Positions 48,445 to 60,800 of a DNA stretch of 64,000 bases are shown one piece after another. Every line of letters starts with the position of its first letter. Position 1 is the first letter of the stretch. The notes under the pieces are model-generated. The model ran no database searches and was not told the DNA's origin. It saw only the letters and a program-made list of their open reading frames with translations. Made by a program: the position numbers and the translations under genes. The DNA is from a virus (lineage: Duplodnaviria > Caudoviricetes): positions 1 through 64,000 of the IMG/VR virus record IMGVR_UViG_3300021400_000056. One strand, 5' to 3'.

Positions 48445-50511
48445 TTAAGCAATTCGGACAGCCGTAATATCGGCAGTGCCAGATGCAATTGTTCTTTTCT
48501 TTCCGGTTTTAAGGTTGAAGTAATAGGTCTCGGCAGTTGTAATCTGCATTAATCTTACTAGCTGAACACGCATATTACCAACCTCGCTAACAATATACTC
48601 GGCGTCTTTAGCTGCATTCTGATTAGTATTTCTAAAATTCAGCTCGGCATACGTCTCACCTGTTGCTTTCGGAACCGTAACCGTGCAAGTGACCGCCCAG
48701 GTGCCAATAGGCATCCATATAGATGCGACCGCACGACGTCCCTCATCGCCAACTACGCTTTCATTTGGATCCCCAACAGTTATGGCAGAAGAATTGCTAG
48801 CTGTAATACGCGTTCCGATTGCATTAGTATGACCGGAAACAGTAAAGCTCGTTCCAGTAATTGTGGTTGCAGTAAGAGCTTTTAGAGATGATGCTCCGCT
48901 AACATTAAGTACACTTAAAGACGAAGTACCGGTAACGCTTAGAGTGGTAACATTGACTTTAGGGGTGTGAACTGCTTCGGTTACAGTTAAAATTCCGCCA
49001 GTATAATACATAGTATTAGTTGGAACGGCTCCGCCAGTGTACCCAACAGAAAAATAATCAGGTGTTAATATGCTCTCATAGCTGCCTGTTTTTACCATGT
49101 AATAGTATTGTTTACTGCTAGTATTTGGATTTACTGCTCCATACGCAATTTCCACACCTGCGCTACTATTTCCGGTATATGCCTTATCTGCAGTAATATT
49201 AAGCGGTCCAATCTTTCCAGTGCTGCAATAAATTTCTCCCTTTTTGTTAACTCCAAAAAGTTTGCCGCATGTTAAAACCCAATTAGTATCCGGATGTCCA
49301 TTAAACGTTTTTGATCCGGTAACGCCAAGAGGAATTAAGAATATACTGTCATCGGAGCCAATCGTTTTACCAGTAGTATAAAGCGATCCGTTAAGTTCAT
49401 TCGCCGCATTACCGATTGTCCAATTCCCAATTTTTCCGTCTTTAGCAGTTAGAGACCCGTCAGCATCCACAACAAACTTCTGCTTAATTGATAGCCCACT
49501 GTTACCGAAATATAACGAGTTCGCATTATTAAACTCAGGGCTTGTCGTTCCTTTATAAATAGCACTATCAGCTACTTTCCAAGGTCCAATGGAGCTTCCT
49601 GCTTTTGCAGTTAATACTCCATCAATAGTTGCTTCTTTAGCAGTTAAGACGCCTTCGCTTGTGACAGTAAAGCCTTTTGTAGGCGCTCCAAGAGCAATAC
49701 CGTCGTCACCTAAATATACACCGGAATTGGAAGAATTAAACGCGTTCTTATTATTCGAGTAGATAGCGCCATTAATATCAAAGTTGCCGATTTTACCACT
49801 TGTTGCGTTTATCTTTCCCGTAATGTTAGCGTCATGCGCATATACAACACCGTTTGCCGAAACACCAAAGTTTGCGCCAATAGCAAATCTAAGAAGCTCT
49901 CGATTTAAACCTCCAATTGCCCTTGTAAAATCAGTATTACCAAGGGTAATGAAGCCCGTTTTAGCGCTAGTCTTATCGTCGCCTGAATATATACCGTATT
50001 CATCGATCTTAAAACCGGATTTCTCGCTTCCTATGTATCCCTTACTAGCTCTGATCTCACCTTTTATATAAGCATCTTCTGCGCGAAACTCGCCATTGTT
50101 CTTAATATACCAATACTTTCCCTGACCACCATAGGCGCCCATTCCGCCAGCACTAAATGTCAAACCAGTCTTTGTCTGATCGTCATAACGAATTCGTTCA
50201 GCATTTGTTGTTAAATATCCTTCAACAATAATTCCTGTTGTAGCTTTTAAGATGCCAAGAGTCATTGCCGGATTAGTGATGTTAGCCGTAATTACTGCCT
50301 TACGGTTTTTAATCATACCCATAACTCGATCACCATTATTTGCGTTTGTCGCGTATATGGCCGGGGTAGGAGTAGTGGCTCCATCAATTACAACAAAATC
50401 ACCGTCTGATGTTAACTTAGCAGTGCCATAAAATATAGTGTTTTCTTTTTTCTCTTGCGTGTCATGCGTTACTTTAGCAAACTCGTCAAGTAGATCTCCT
50501 GGAAGTTTCAT
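48445..50511 (-). CDS. Tail fibre/spike protein
   Basis: Repeated G.I.A.SG.IG.(W/F).I beta-helix-like motifs. Confidence 0.75.
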   Translation of the reverse strand: MKLPGDLLDEFAKVTHDTQEKKENTIFYGTAKLTSDGDFVVIDGATTPTPAIYATNANNGDRVMGMIKNRKAVITANITNPAMTLGILKATTGIIVEGYLTTNAERIRYDDQTKTGLTFSAGGMGAYGGQGKYWYIKNNGEFRAEDAYIKGEIRASKGYIGSEKSGFKIDEYGIYSGDDKTSAKTGFITLGNTDFTRAIGGLNRELLRFAIGANFGVSANGVVYAHDANITGKINATSGKIGNFDINGAIYSNNKNAFNSSNSGVYLGDDGIALGAPTKGFTVTSEGVLTAKEATIDGVLTAKAGSSIGPWKVADSAIYKGTTSPEFNNANSLYFGNSGLSIKQKFVVDADGSLTAKDGKIGNWTIGNAANELNGSLYTTGKTIGSDDSIFLIPLGVTGSKTFNGHPDTNWVLTCGKLFGVNKKGEIYCSTGKIGPLNITADKAYTGNSSAGVEIAYGAVNPNTSSKQYYYMVKTGSYESILTPDYFSVGYTGGAVPTNTMYYTGGILTVTEAVHTPKVNVTTLSVTGTSSLSVLNVSGASSLKALTATTITGTSFTVSGHTNAIGTRITASNSSAITVGDPNESVVGDEGRRAVASIWMPIGTWAVTCTVTVPKATGETYAELNFRNTNQNAAKDAEYIVSEVGNMRVQLVRLMQITTAETYYFNLKTGKKRTIASGTADITAVRIA

Positions 50512-50515
50512 TTAT

Positions 50516-51583
50516 TCACCCCCATAATTTCTTAGTATAAGTTGCTTTTTCCGTGACCTTACATCCCGTTTCACAACTTATCTCTTGAGATTTTACAATT
50601 GCTCTAATCCCAACAAGTCCGGCTCTCTTATAATTTAATTCCACGCAATCACCAACCCGAACAGGACAATAGCCATGGGAATATGAGATCGTGTATTCAA
50701 GCGTTGATAAGTCTCTAAGTAGCTTAGTGGCATACTCATCCATTGTATGCTGATCTGGAGAAATTAAATCTTCCGGATTGTTAACACGATACATAACCTC
50801 TCGGCCTCTGGACGGAATAGATGTTGGAGAGTTTTCATCTGTATTCTCGGCTCTAGCCATAAGAAAGGAATACTCATCCGAATACATTACCTCAACAACA
50901 TTTGGAATACCGTAAAGATCTCTATCGATTGAAATTTCGGGATAAAGAATTGAACTGTTATCGTCATTAAACGTCCAAACTGGTTTCACTGCATTACTGT
51001 TTTGATTTGGAACGAATAAGATCCTTCCGAGTTCATCAACGTCGAACCTATAGTTGATACTGCCTAATAAGTCTGACGCATATGACAAAATCGTATCGTT
51101 CTCATAATCGGATACATAATCGCCATTTAAAATATCACTAGACTCTGATGAAACAACAGGCGCTCTTGTGTTTTCAGCAACAAGGTTTGAAACTGATTTC
51201 AGAATATTCACCCCGGAGGAAATTGAGTATCCAAAAGGTGGATTCTTATCCTTTAATTCAAGAAGAGGCGTGTACGCATCCATTGAAAGACTTTGTACAC
51301 GCCCGTTATAGCTTTTTCCAGGTGTCTGAACAAGGAGAGTGCCAAGAGGAAACTCGTATTTGAATCCATTTTGAATGCAAACAAGATACGTCCTCACATA
51401 GCACTCTCCTAATTCTTCAGTAGTTTCAAAAGAACCACTACCAAGAGTCTCGTTTTCCGCGTCTCTTTTAATTGAACTGGACGTGATCTCATGCAATTCC
51501 CTTTCGTTTTTCCAAGTTCCTGGATGCACGACATAGTACTTGAAAGTCTGCTGCATCGACTTGGTCCAGTCAATATCTGGCAT
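50516..51583 (-). CDS. Minor tail/baseplate protein
   Basis: 355 aa between Fn3 protein and fibre; GYCPVRVGDCV. Confidence 0.7.
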   Translation of the reverse strand: MPDIDWTKSMQQTFKYYVVHPGTWKNERELHEITSSSIKRDAENETLGSGSFETTEELGECYVRTYLVCIQNGFKYEFPLGTLLVQTPGKSYNGRVQSLSMDAYTPLLELKDKNPPFGYSISSGVNILKSVSNLVAENTRAPVVSSESSDILNGDYVSDYENDTILSYASDLLGSINYRFDVDELGRILFVPNQNSNAVKPVWTFNDDNSSILYPEISIDRDLYGIPNVVEVMYSDEYSFLMARAENTDENSPTSIPSRGREVMYRVNNPEDLISPDQHTMDEYATKLLRDLSTLEYTISYSHGYCPVRVGDCVELNYKRAGLVGIRAIVKSQEISCETGCKVTEKATYTKKLWG

Positions 51584-51584
51584 A

Positions 51585-54500
51585 TTAGGTTCCTCCTTCT
51601 ACTCGTGTAATGTCTAATGAAACTGGCACGATAGGCTCAAGATGCGAGATGTCAAAACTGACTTTTACATGTGCCCAGTATCCTACTCCTGAAGGTGATC
51701 TGACATAACAATCACCAGGCCAGACAGCAAGGCGTCTAAGAGCGTAAATCGTCTCTTTATCAGTTTTAGCAATGTCAGTCTTCCAAGATGCAGTCTGGCC
51801 AACATGTGTTCCAAAGTAACTAACAGGGTGTTTTCTACCAATGTAATTAACGAGCTCGATATCAAGGTCATTAGATTCTGACTCATCTATATTATAAGGA
51901 AGTCTTAGCATCGATCCTTTATAAGGAGCCTCATCTAAATTCGACGGGAAATCATCAGTATCGAATCCAGACCAGGACTCGTCCCACTGAATGATGATGT
52001 CTGTAATTCCAATCGGCTGAGGAGCAAGGTCTTCGTAGAACATCCTTCCGGTTGATGTATCTATTGCCACGATTCTATATCTAGCATAATCAAGTGCTGG
52101 ATGTGGATCGATAACTGTAATGTTATCCCCATTTGCAAGATCCGTAGCAATCTCAGTTAATCCACCGTCAAACTCTCTTCTAAACACTGAGAGACTAAAA
52201 TGGTTAAGATAATAGCCCTGCTCGTTCGTTGCACTAGGATTCAAATATACTACTGCTGCATCTTCATCAATAGTCAACGACGCATCAAGCTCAACGTCTG
52301 CATCCATATCCCAATCTACGACAAAGTCGCTTGTTGTTTCAGCAGTAAGACCGACATCAGTGTTAACTGTAACGGTTAACGTGTAACTACGAAGATTATC
52401 AAGATTCAGTTCATTGGCCATAATCAAGGTAATGAAGTCACGTTCATTAGTGTAAATATACCGTTTATAAATCTCCTGACCAGACCTGATATGAATAATC
52501 CTACCTGTGTCGTCAATGTCGTCATAAGTGTCATTTGAAATGATAGAAAGCACATAGACAAGAGGCTTTTGCGTTGTTGGTCCTGAGTGAATATCCAAGA
52601 TCATAGGAAACGTCTCTAGCCTGCCCTCAATCGAGCTTGCCGTGATTGAACCGTTTGTATAGATATTATCTTCCCTGAACTCAAAGTCATCAGATAGCCA
52701 CCTGTAACCGCTTCCAATCGTCACGCGAATTGTAGGCGGCGTGTAGATGTTAATCTGCCTCTCTCCAGAGAACGGACCATAATCAGGGAGCACGCCTTTT
52801 GTTTTAACTTTCCACGTAATAACAGCTCCGGCTTCATATGTACCAGCAGGAATTAAGTAATAACTAACTCCGCCCCTCTGGAAGCTGAAATTGTTGGCAA
52901 GCGATCTGTGATAGATATCGTCTTTTGAAACTGACAGAATATGCTCAAGAGCAATAGGAGCAGCATCTAGATTGGAGACTTTGTAAACATAGTGAATCAG
53001 CATATCGCCATTTATCTCGTAATTATCGGTATTAGCGGTGACTGACACAGTGCAGTTGAGTAGTGAGTCATCATCTGAATTTTTATAGTTAATTGTCATA
53101 ACGTCGTTCTCAAATGACCACGAGGTAATCTTGTCGTCTGCACTATTGCCCTCTGCGTCAGTTACACTAAGTTTCATATTGTGTTCGATATCTCTAATTC
53201 CATCCGGAAGCATTGTACCATCAAGTTCGATTTTCGAAGAAGATTCGTCTTTCCAGGTGAGCCATAAATAGTGATCAGAGCTAGTCAAATGCGGGCCGCT
53301 TGGGTTAGGATCTGTACCTTGAGGATATTGATATGTAAGAATGTTATTGTTTATAGAAAAATCACATTCTCCTTCAATACTTGAGTCGGTTTCATATTCA
53401 CCGATCGTCCATCCCGATCTTGTCTGACCCATTTCGACTTTATATATTTTATTGTAATCGTCGAGCACATCGCTCAACCCACTCACATTAGACAGATCTA
53501 CAGTTTTATTTTTATACTTTTGATAATCACCGATCATGAGGTTCCAATGTCTAGTTTTATTTAACGTTTTAGTGTAACTCCATGTATACGGTGTTTCGTT
53601 TTTAAGAACCGTCCTTCTTGTTGGATTATACGTAGAATAAAGCTCAGCTAAAAGTCCATTACGCTGATTTTTAGGAATTTCAGAAATATCCACGGATATG
53701 AACTGCGTTCCACTATAGTTGTCGATCGTTTGTGGCTCGGATTCGATCGTAACCGTCTCTGACGAATAGATCATCTCGGTTGGCTCAGTTATAATAACGT
53801 CGTCCTTATAGAATGATAGAGTCGCTGTCGTGTAAAAACCAGTACTGTCTGTCGGAATGTCAAGAACAAAATATACAGTATTATCTTCAATCCTGCTCGA
53901 TACGATCTTAGAGGTATACTCGTCATTATCACCAAGTTTTGTTATTCCAACGTAACCATCTGGTTTGAGAATTGCCGGAACTGAGCTGACATCGATCGTA
54001 TTCTCGACACCAATTAACTGAATGATTAAAAACGCATTACCCCATACGACTTCAGATGTGGAAGATCCGGTAGGGTATTTAAAGCTTATCTCCGAACCAT
54101 TTAAAGAAAATTCTCCTTCGCCTACAATCTGTTCGTAGGTTTCGGCGTCTTCCGCATCAGCAATTGCTAAACTGGCAACCGAGATATTATGCCTCAGATC
54201 CTCTGGCACTATGTCTGTAAGGTCGATTGTTCTAGTAGTATACTCTTCGTATTCACCTAACCGAATCACATAAAACGATTTTTTAATCTCTACAGTGGTT
54301 TCGCACAAATACGGCTCAAACAACTCATACTCGTCAACAATTTCGTGAGTCTCTTTAACACCGTTAACTGTCATCTCGATAATCGCACCAGACTGAGCGG
54401 ATCCATCTTCAGAGTTATGAAGCCAATTCAAATATACATCATCGCTTGTTACCGGCGTTGTGGAAGACGACCATGTAGTAGGTGCATCCGGAACAGTTCC

Positions 54501-57500
54501 AAGAACAATATACGCAATTTCGCTCCATTCGGATTCTCCGCTGGCATCATTTACAGCTTTAATCCTAAAATACCACTCTCCGGTATTACCGTCAGTTTCA
54601 GATTTAGGTTCGAGTCCCTGAATTTCTGCTCTTATACCGGAAGTGATAGTCGTCTCTTCAACAAGATCCGGAGCAGCGTCAAAATATCTTGCTTTTGTAG
54701 TCCTCTGAATAACATATGAGGTCGCACCATCAACCTGATTCCAAAGAACCTCAACTGAAGTCGCGCTAAGCGCATTTACAACAGGGACTCCTTCAGGTGG
54801 AAGAGGAATTGTATAGACAGGATCAGTTGTATACTCCGACCAATCACTAGCTTCGCCATCATCATTAAGCGCTCTAGCTCTAGCTCTGATACCGTATCCT
54901 GCCTCAATATCCTGTACGTATGTTGCTCGGTTAAAGAGGATCTCAGCATTTCCGTAAAACGTATCGTCTGTATCAACATCGTTAATAAACTCGTATTCGA
55001 TCATGCTGGCTTTCTCGTCATACGAGTCGACCATGGCAGTGAGTCTGAACTTATTAATAGACAACGATGGAACCGCAGGCGTTTCAGGGACTGTTGATGA
55101 AGGCATTATAAAGATTTCATATTCAGAGTCCTTGCCTTCAAATGCTAACGAGTATTTCGGCACCGGTGTGACTTTAACTTCCACCATGTCAGCCTGAGCC
55201 GGGGCATCGTAAGTGCACACTTTTGATTCGTACGAGGTAGTACCGCTAGATCCGTCATACCAAACAGCGTCTATTTTATAGCGCCATTTAAACGAGTAGC
55301 TGTCGACGTTCCTCTCATCATCAATGCCCCAAGTCGCAACAACCGTTGTCTTACTCCCCCTCTGTAAGAACATCGCAATATCCTGAACGCTTCTCGTGCC
55401 AGGTTTAAGAGAATATATAAATTCAGAGGAGTACGTGCTAACAAAATATGCGTTAGAACCGGACGTATCATTAGGCTTAATTTTAAGACGAATCTCATCG
55501 GCATCCGTAGGAGCGTCAATCTCGAATATTTTCTGTGTAACCGTGCCCTCAGTAGGTTCGCTAAGGACACCTCTTACATAAGTCTGATAAGAATATGTGT
55601 AGTCTTTTACATGGCTTTCATTTGAAATTGTGAAGGATACTTTTAGCTTTCTATCTGTCCCTTCAGAATATATGACATTAAGACTGCCCGAGTTGATAGT
55701 TCTGGATGGAACTGAAAACAAGTAGTCGACCCATTCGCTCCATATGCCCTCAAAGTCTAGATCTTCATTATTTGGAACTGGTCTAACTCTAAATTGAGCA
55801 TGCTTGGCATTTGCAGGAACGGTGTAATCGTCAGATATAACCTGTTTATCGTTAATCGATTGTGTCTCGCCTTCTCTTATTAACGTTCCAAGTTCTTTGG
55901 TATAAATAACGTATCGCCATACAACTTCATATCCAGCCACTTTTCCTACTAGATCATCAGTCTGCTTTTTAGTGTCAGGATCCCATAAGTGTAGACTCCA
56001 TGCCGCAGTTAGTGTTTTATCAGTTCGCTCTGCTTCTGGCCAAACAACTCTAATTAGATTATTAGGTATGCTTCTTTTTGGAAGTGGCATAATTACTTCC
56101 GTAGCCGGTGAGCAATATACACCAAGAAAGTCGTTAGTGTGCTTGGGAACAGGCTTTACTCGGAATAGTACTGCCTGAGCGTTTTCAGGAGCTTCATAGA
56201 TTGGTGTGTGAAATGCCGGAGCATCTTGAGACAAAGTTCCGGTATCAGCGCCCCAAAATTCCATATTTAACCCAGCGATTCTATATCCCCATTCATACTC
56301 ATATGAAGCAACATTTGGATCTTCTATCTTATTCCATTGCGCTACAAAGCTTCGTCTCGTGTTCGGTATCAGAGTAAATCTAATGCTACTCTGAGCAACC
56401 TGCTTCGTATCAATAACCACTTTATAGGGCTCGCTCGTTACTGAGGTTTCAAGATATCCGCTGGTTTCCGCAGATTTAGGCGTAATTGTAACTCTGATTT
56501 CACTAGCTCCTTCAGGAATAGTGTATTCTTCAGAGTAATAGAATTTAGATGGTGTTTCTACATTTTTTGTACCTGTTTGGTATCTCTCAGTGCCAGTCTG
56601 TACTTCTGTTACGGTGCCAGTTGTAACTTTAGCATACGCTTTTGCTTGTTTATCACGCAGTGTCGCAACAGTCTCCATGTATTTATTATACAACACAGTG
56701 GCTTCGATTTTGTTTTTAGCCTTTCCGTGCTTTATTAAATACGTAATGGGATCTTTTTTATTAATTACTTTCTGCGCAAATTTTTCGGCTTTCGTTGGAA
56801 CGTAAGTTCCATGTTTTTCTACTGTTTTTTCGACTTCTTTAGACCAAGCCCTTGTTGCATATTCCGGCGTCTCGACATAAATAGATCCCATCATCCACTG
56901 GTCAGGATCAATATCCATGGTGGTCTCATTAGTCCATCTCGCCCCGGATCCAGATCCGTTTCCCTCAGTTAGCGTCTCGAACTTACATGTAAAACCATCA
57001 AGATTAGCGTCACTAGGAGTAAGTCTCCACTCCGCCATAACCGTATTATCGCCATGAGGATATCTAAATATATGAATACTATCAGCAATGGCTTGTCTGA
57101 TTGTCTTAGTAAGGCTCGAGTCATACTGTTTCTCAACATTCTGAGCAACTACGGAACTATCAGCAGATGTAGGTTTGGTAACAACTCTAAGTTTCTCGAA
57201 CGAATTTGGAATAACGCCAGTATATACAACGGTTGTAGTATCTCTTGGAATGCTGCTTGTAGCGTCTCCGGTTCGCCATAGCTTTCTTCCACCTTCATTT
57301 ACGTAAAACTCCCAGGTCACCTCAAAATTGGTAACCCAGGAGAAATTCTTTTTATCAGGAGCTGTGGATAAATGCGGTGTAACGTCTACCGATAATGGAT
57401 AGGAGCTAGATGCGTTATAGGTATAGTTTTTAGATAAACTGTAATATCCTTTTTTAACCAGTTTGTCGACCTTTACCGATGCTACACCTGCCGATCCCCA

Positions 57501-57857
57501 TTTCGTTGTTGAGAAATAATGCTTGGTCTCTTCAACCTCTTTCTTTTTACCCTTAACAGTTTTTGTTGTTTTGACCTTATGCGTTTTTGATGTTGCTCTA
57601 ATCTGAAAATCAACACTTACCGCATCGGTTGGCACATCATAGGTCGCTTCTTTCGTCTGACTGGCACTTCCACCATCTGTTGTGCCATCACTGCCAACGA
57701 TCCAACCTTTAGCACCACTTCTTTTATACAACCATTTCCATTCGAATTGATCCACATGGTTTTTTTGGCTGCCAGTCACGGTCCACGTAACGACGAAGGT
57801 TCGTTCTGTTCCAGCTTTAAGCGTAATCTTGCTGGGCTTAATTGTAATTTTTGACAA
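51585..57857 (-). CDS. Very large minor tail protein with multiple fibronectin type III-like domains
   Basis: 2090 aa; recurring R...A.W...Y...W.Y...Y..P..A..V...V.P repeats; directly after the tape measure gene. Confidence 0.8.
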   Translation of the reverse strand: MSKITIKPSKITLKAGTERTFVVTWTVTGSQKNHVDQFEWKWLYKRSGAKGWIVGSDGTTDGGSASQTKEATYDVPTDAVSVDFQIRATSKTHKVKTTKTVKGKKKEVEETKHYFSTTKWGSAGVASVKVDKLVKKGYYSLSKNYTYNASSSYPLSVDVTPHLSTAPDKKNFSWVTNFEVTWEFYVNEGGRKLWRTGDATSSIPRDTTTVVYTGVIPNSFEKLRVVTKPTSADSSVVAQNVEKQYDSSLTKTIRQAIADSIHIFRYPHGDNTVMAEWRLTPSDANLDGFTCKFETLTEGNGSGSGARWTNETTMDIDPDQWMMGSIYVETPEYATRAWSKEVEKTVEKHGTYVPTKAEKFAQKVINKKDPITYLIKHGKAKNKIEATVLYNKYMETVATLRDKQAKAYAKVTTGTVTEVQTGTERYQTGTKNVETPSKFYYSEEYTIPEGASEIRVTITPKSAETSGYLETSVTSEPYKVVIDTKQVAQSSIRFTLIPNTRRSFVAQWNKIEDPNVASYEYEWGYRIAGLNMEFWGADTGTLSQDAPAFHTPIYEAPENAQAVLFRVKPVPKHTNDFLGVYCSPATEVIMPLPKRSIPNNLIRVVWPEAERTDKTLTAAWSLHLWDPDTKKQTDDLVGKVAGYEVVWRYVIYTKELGTLIREGETQSINDKQVISDDYTVPANAKHAQFRVRPVPNNEDLDFEGIWSEWVDYLFSVPSRTINSGSLNVIYSEGTDRKLKVSFTISNESHVKDYTYSYQTYVRGVLSEPTEGTVTQKIFEIDAPTDADEIRLKIKPNDTSGSNAYFVSTYSSEFIYSLKPGTRSVQDIAMFLQRGSKTTVVATWGIDDERNVDSYSFKWRYKIDAVWYDGSSGTTSYESKVCTYDAPAQADMVEVKVTPVPKYSLAFEGKDSEYEIFIMPSSTVPETPAVPSLSINKFRLTAMVDSYDEKASMIEYEFINDVDTDDTFYGNAEILFNRATYVQDIEAGYGIRARARALNDDGEASDWSEYTTDPVYTIPLPPEGVPVVNALSATSVEVLWNQVDGATSYVIQRTTKARYFDAAPDLVEETTITSGIRAEIQGLEPKSETDGNTGEWYFRIKAVNDASGESEWSEIAYIVLGTVPDAPTTWSSSTTPVTSDDVYLNWLHNSEDGSAQSGAIIEMTVNGVKETHEIVDEYELFEPYLCETTVEIKKSFYVIRLGEYEEYTTRTIDLTDIVPEDLRHNISVASLAIADAEDAETYEQIVGEGEFSLNGSEISFKYPTGSSTSEVVWGNAFLIIQLIGVENTIDVSSVPAILKPDGYVGITKLGDNDEYTSKIVSSRIEDNTVYFVLDIPTDSTGFYTTATLSFYKDDVIITEPTEMIYSSETVTIESEPQTIDNYSGTQFISVDISEIPKNQRNGLLAELYSTYNPTRRTVLKNETPYTWSYTKTLNKTRHWNLMIGDYQKYKNKTVDLSNVSGLSDVLDDYNKIYKVEMGQTRSGWTIGEYETDSSIEGECDFSINNNILTYQYPQGTDPNPSGPHLTSSDHYLWLTWKDESSSKIELDGTMLPDGIRDIEHNMKLSVTDAEGNSADDKITSWSFENDVMTINYKNSDDDSLLNCTVSVTANTDNYEINGDMLIHYVYKVSNLDAAPIALEHILSVSKDDIYHRSLANNFSFQRGGVSYYLIPAGTYEAGAVITWKVKTKGVLPDYGPFSGERQINIYTPPTIRVTIGSGYRWLSDDFEFREDNIYTNGSITASSIEGRLETFPMILDIHSGPTTQKPLVYVLSIISNDTYDDIDDTGRIIHIRSGQEIYKRYIYTNERDFITLIMANELNLDNLRSYTLTVTVNTDVGLTAETTSDFVVDWDMDADVELDASLTIDEDAAVVYLNPSATNEQGYYLNHFSLSVFRREFDGGLTEIATDLANGDNITVIDPHPALDYARYRIVAIDTSTGRMFYEDLAPQPIGITDIIIQWDESWSGFDTDDFPSNLDEAPYKGSMLRLPYNIDESESNDLDIELVNYIGRKHPVSYFGTHVGQTASWKTDIAKTDKETIYALRRLAVWPGDCYVRSPSGVGYWAHVKVSFDISHLEPIVPVSLDITRVEGGT

Positions 57858-57859
57858 AC

Positions 57860-60800
57860 TTACACTCTCCTTTCCGTACGTGCGGCTCTAATAAGACTTC
57901 TAACAGCCGTTGCCACGTTGCTTCCATCGTCATAAGACACATTACCCATACTGTAATTATTAACCGTCTGCGGGTTATTTATAAGATCGTCTCTTAGACC
58001 ATTAATTGCAGAAACAACATCTTCGTTTGTCATGCGATATGTTGCACCAGGAGCATTTCCTGCTACGGCAAGGCCAAGGCCAATAGACCCATTAGGAAGA
58101 AGGCTGTTAATCATGCCGGCACCATTCTCAATATCAGTTAGATCAAGAACGGGTTTGATTGTAGGGTCGAGGTCGAGATCGCCATTTAATATAGCTCCGG
58201 CTCTCTGAAGACCGTCTTTTGTCGACTCAATCGCCATCTTAGCTGATTCTTTACCTGCTTCACCGATACCTTTTATCTTATTTCTAAGACCGATGATAAA
58301 GCCTTCGCCCATGTAGCCGCCGACCTTCATCATGACTCGTGAAGGCGATTTAATCTTACCGTACTTTTCAGCTTCTTTCTTATAAGCTTCAGCCGCTCTT
58401 CTACCAGCTGCACGAATAGCTGAAAGCTTGCTATCAAGACCTCGAACAAATCCTTCGCCCATATTCTGGCCGGTAGAATGCATACTTACACCTGACACAC
58501 CATTTCTTGCTGCTGACGCAAGCCCACTAGCCGCAGATCTAACAGCTCCAGACGCAGATCGAAGTCCCGCTGCAAGGCCGTTACCCATAGTAACTCCAGC
58601 CCTTGAGAACTGAGGAATAACAGTCTGAATGGCTTTAAGCGAATCCATAGCCATCTTTGTCATGGCCGTCTTAACTTTCGGCGTTGTTTTCTGTATTCCC
58701 TGTGCTGTTCCTTCTGGAATGCCAGAGCCAATATCCGCAAATACCTTCGAAGGTGAGTTAATCTGCCAAAGTCCTCTTAATTGTTCAGGGAGCATATCAC
58801 CCATATTATTAATTGGCTCAGTAGCGGCACCAAGATTTGACGTGATACCTTCTCCAGTACCCTCAGTAAGCCCGGCACCAAGATCCACTCCAGATGCACT
58901 GAGATCGATATCAGCAACGCCATTTTGAAGTGCTCCGCCAAGGTTATCGGTTATCATGCTCTGAACATTGCTGAAATCTGCCCCCGCGACATTTTGCTCA
59001 AACATCGCGCCGAGATCTAAGTTCATTTCACCAGATCCAGCAGCGTCATTAATCTGAGCGAGCACATCGTCAACGGCACCAGTTGCTTCAGCGGAATTAT
59101 CTTTCACACCTTTTGCCGTCTGATGCATAAATTCTTTACCGTATGTCTCGCCATCTTTGGCCATGTCTTTACCGGTTTTCTCAGCGGTTTTTCCAAACTT
59201 ACCAACTGTTCCAGTGAATTTCTTTTCGCCACTCTTTACACCATCAGTAAGGCCGTTTGCATAATTCTGACCGATCTTCTTTGATTCTTCAGGTTTAAGC
59301 TTTTCAGCCATACCAGAACGCCAACCCTCAAGCTTTTCAGTGATCCATTCTGTACCCGGAATCTTAGATATAAGACCTCCTAACCCGTCTACGATAAGAT
59401 TGATGAAGCCCATAAGAATTCCTTTCAGAGCATTACCAATTGGACCAGCAGCGGACTGTACTCCTTGAACAACACCTTGCACTATACCCTGAAGAAGACC
59501 ACCAATAAACGCAGGAAGAGCAAGCATCAAGTTGCCTATCGCCGCCATAATCTGAATGAAAAGCGAAACGATACCTGCTATAATATTAGGAAGCTGAGAT
59601 ATAAGCCAACCGGGAAGTTGCCCAATTAACTGTAAAATCTTGTCAAGAACAACCGGTGCATACGTAACAATTGCTTGTCCAATGAAACTAAATATATTAC
59701 CAATTCCGGTTATGATCTTATCAGCAAGCTCAGGAAGTCTTGACACAAGGTCTCCGATTCCTAAGAATATAGCAGTAACTGCAGCAATAACCACTCCAAC
59801 CACTGCTAATAAACCAGCTAAACCGTGAGACAATAACACCATCCCGGCACCGGCCATTAAACAGGCTGCTCCGAATGAAAGTAATGCACCACAAAGAAGT
59901 AACATTCCTGGCATTACCATTCCGGCTAGTGCGGCAACCCCAACAAACGTAAGCAACCCAGCAGCTATAACTACTATACCCTTCATGGCCGTTTCCGCGG
60001 TCTTTCCAAGAAGCAATAATACTGGCGCTAATAGGCCCATTGCTCCAGCAAGAACGATCATTGCAGCAGCACCAACCAATGCTTTTGCACCGAATTTATC
60101 GCCAACAAGCCCGGCAAGCGCCGCAATACCTGCCATTGCAGCTCCAAGAAATGCAATTGTTACTGCACCAGCCATAGCAACTTCGGATAACTGACCGAGC
60201 AGCAACACGACCGGAACAAGCAAAATAAGAGCTACCGTAATAACAGCAATACCACTTGCCGCTTTACCGATATTTGATTGATTAAGCGCCTTAGCTAAAA
60301 TCGCGAACATACCAATTAGAGCGCCAACACCAAGTAAACCTTTCCCTATTTCGGCCATGCCCATTCCTGAGAACAGAACGGCAACAGAGGCAAGCTTAGA
60401 AATTGCAGCGGCCATTGCATAAATGGCGACACCAGTGCCGGCGTCTAGGTTTTTAGTGCAATCATTTAATTTCTTTACAAGAATATACAGAAAAGCGCCA
60501 ATACCAATCATTAACGCGGTGACTTGAAGAGCCTTATTTGCGTCCATCTCAAGACTAGCTAGTTTTGCTACAACACCTGCTATTATGCCGACAGCGACCG
60601 CAATTAGTGCTATTGCGGCGGCCTTCGAAATAATGCTTAAAGCTTTCTTTATAATTTTCTGAAGACCGGATAAGAAACCATCAAGCATGTCCACAAGGGG
60701 GTTACTGTCCTCTCCGCCTCCAGCTTTTGCATTAACAATCTTACCAATAACAGCGGCAAGAATAGCTATCATACCTATTATAAGGGCGAGATCGACCGCC

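Noticed and set aside
47505-50511. Diversity-generating retroelement acting on the tail fibre
   Set aside because: No reverse transcriptase motifs and no TR/VR repeat pair seen in the window.
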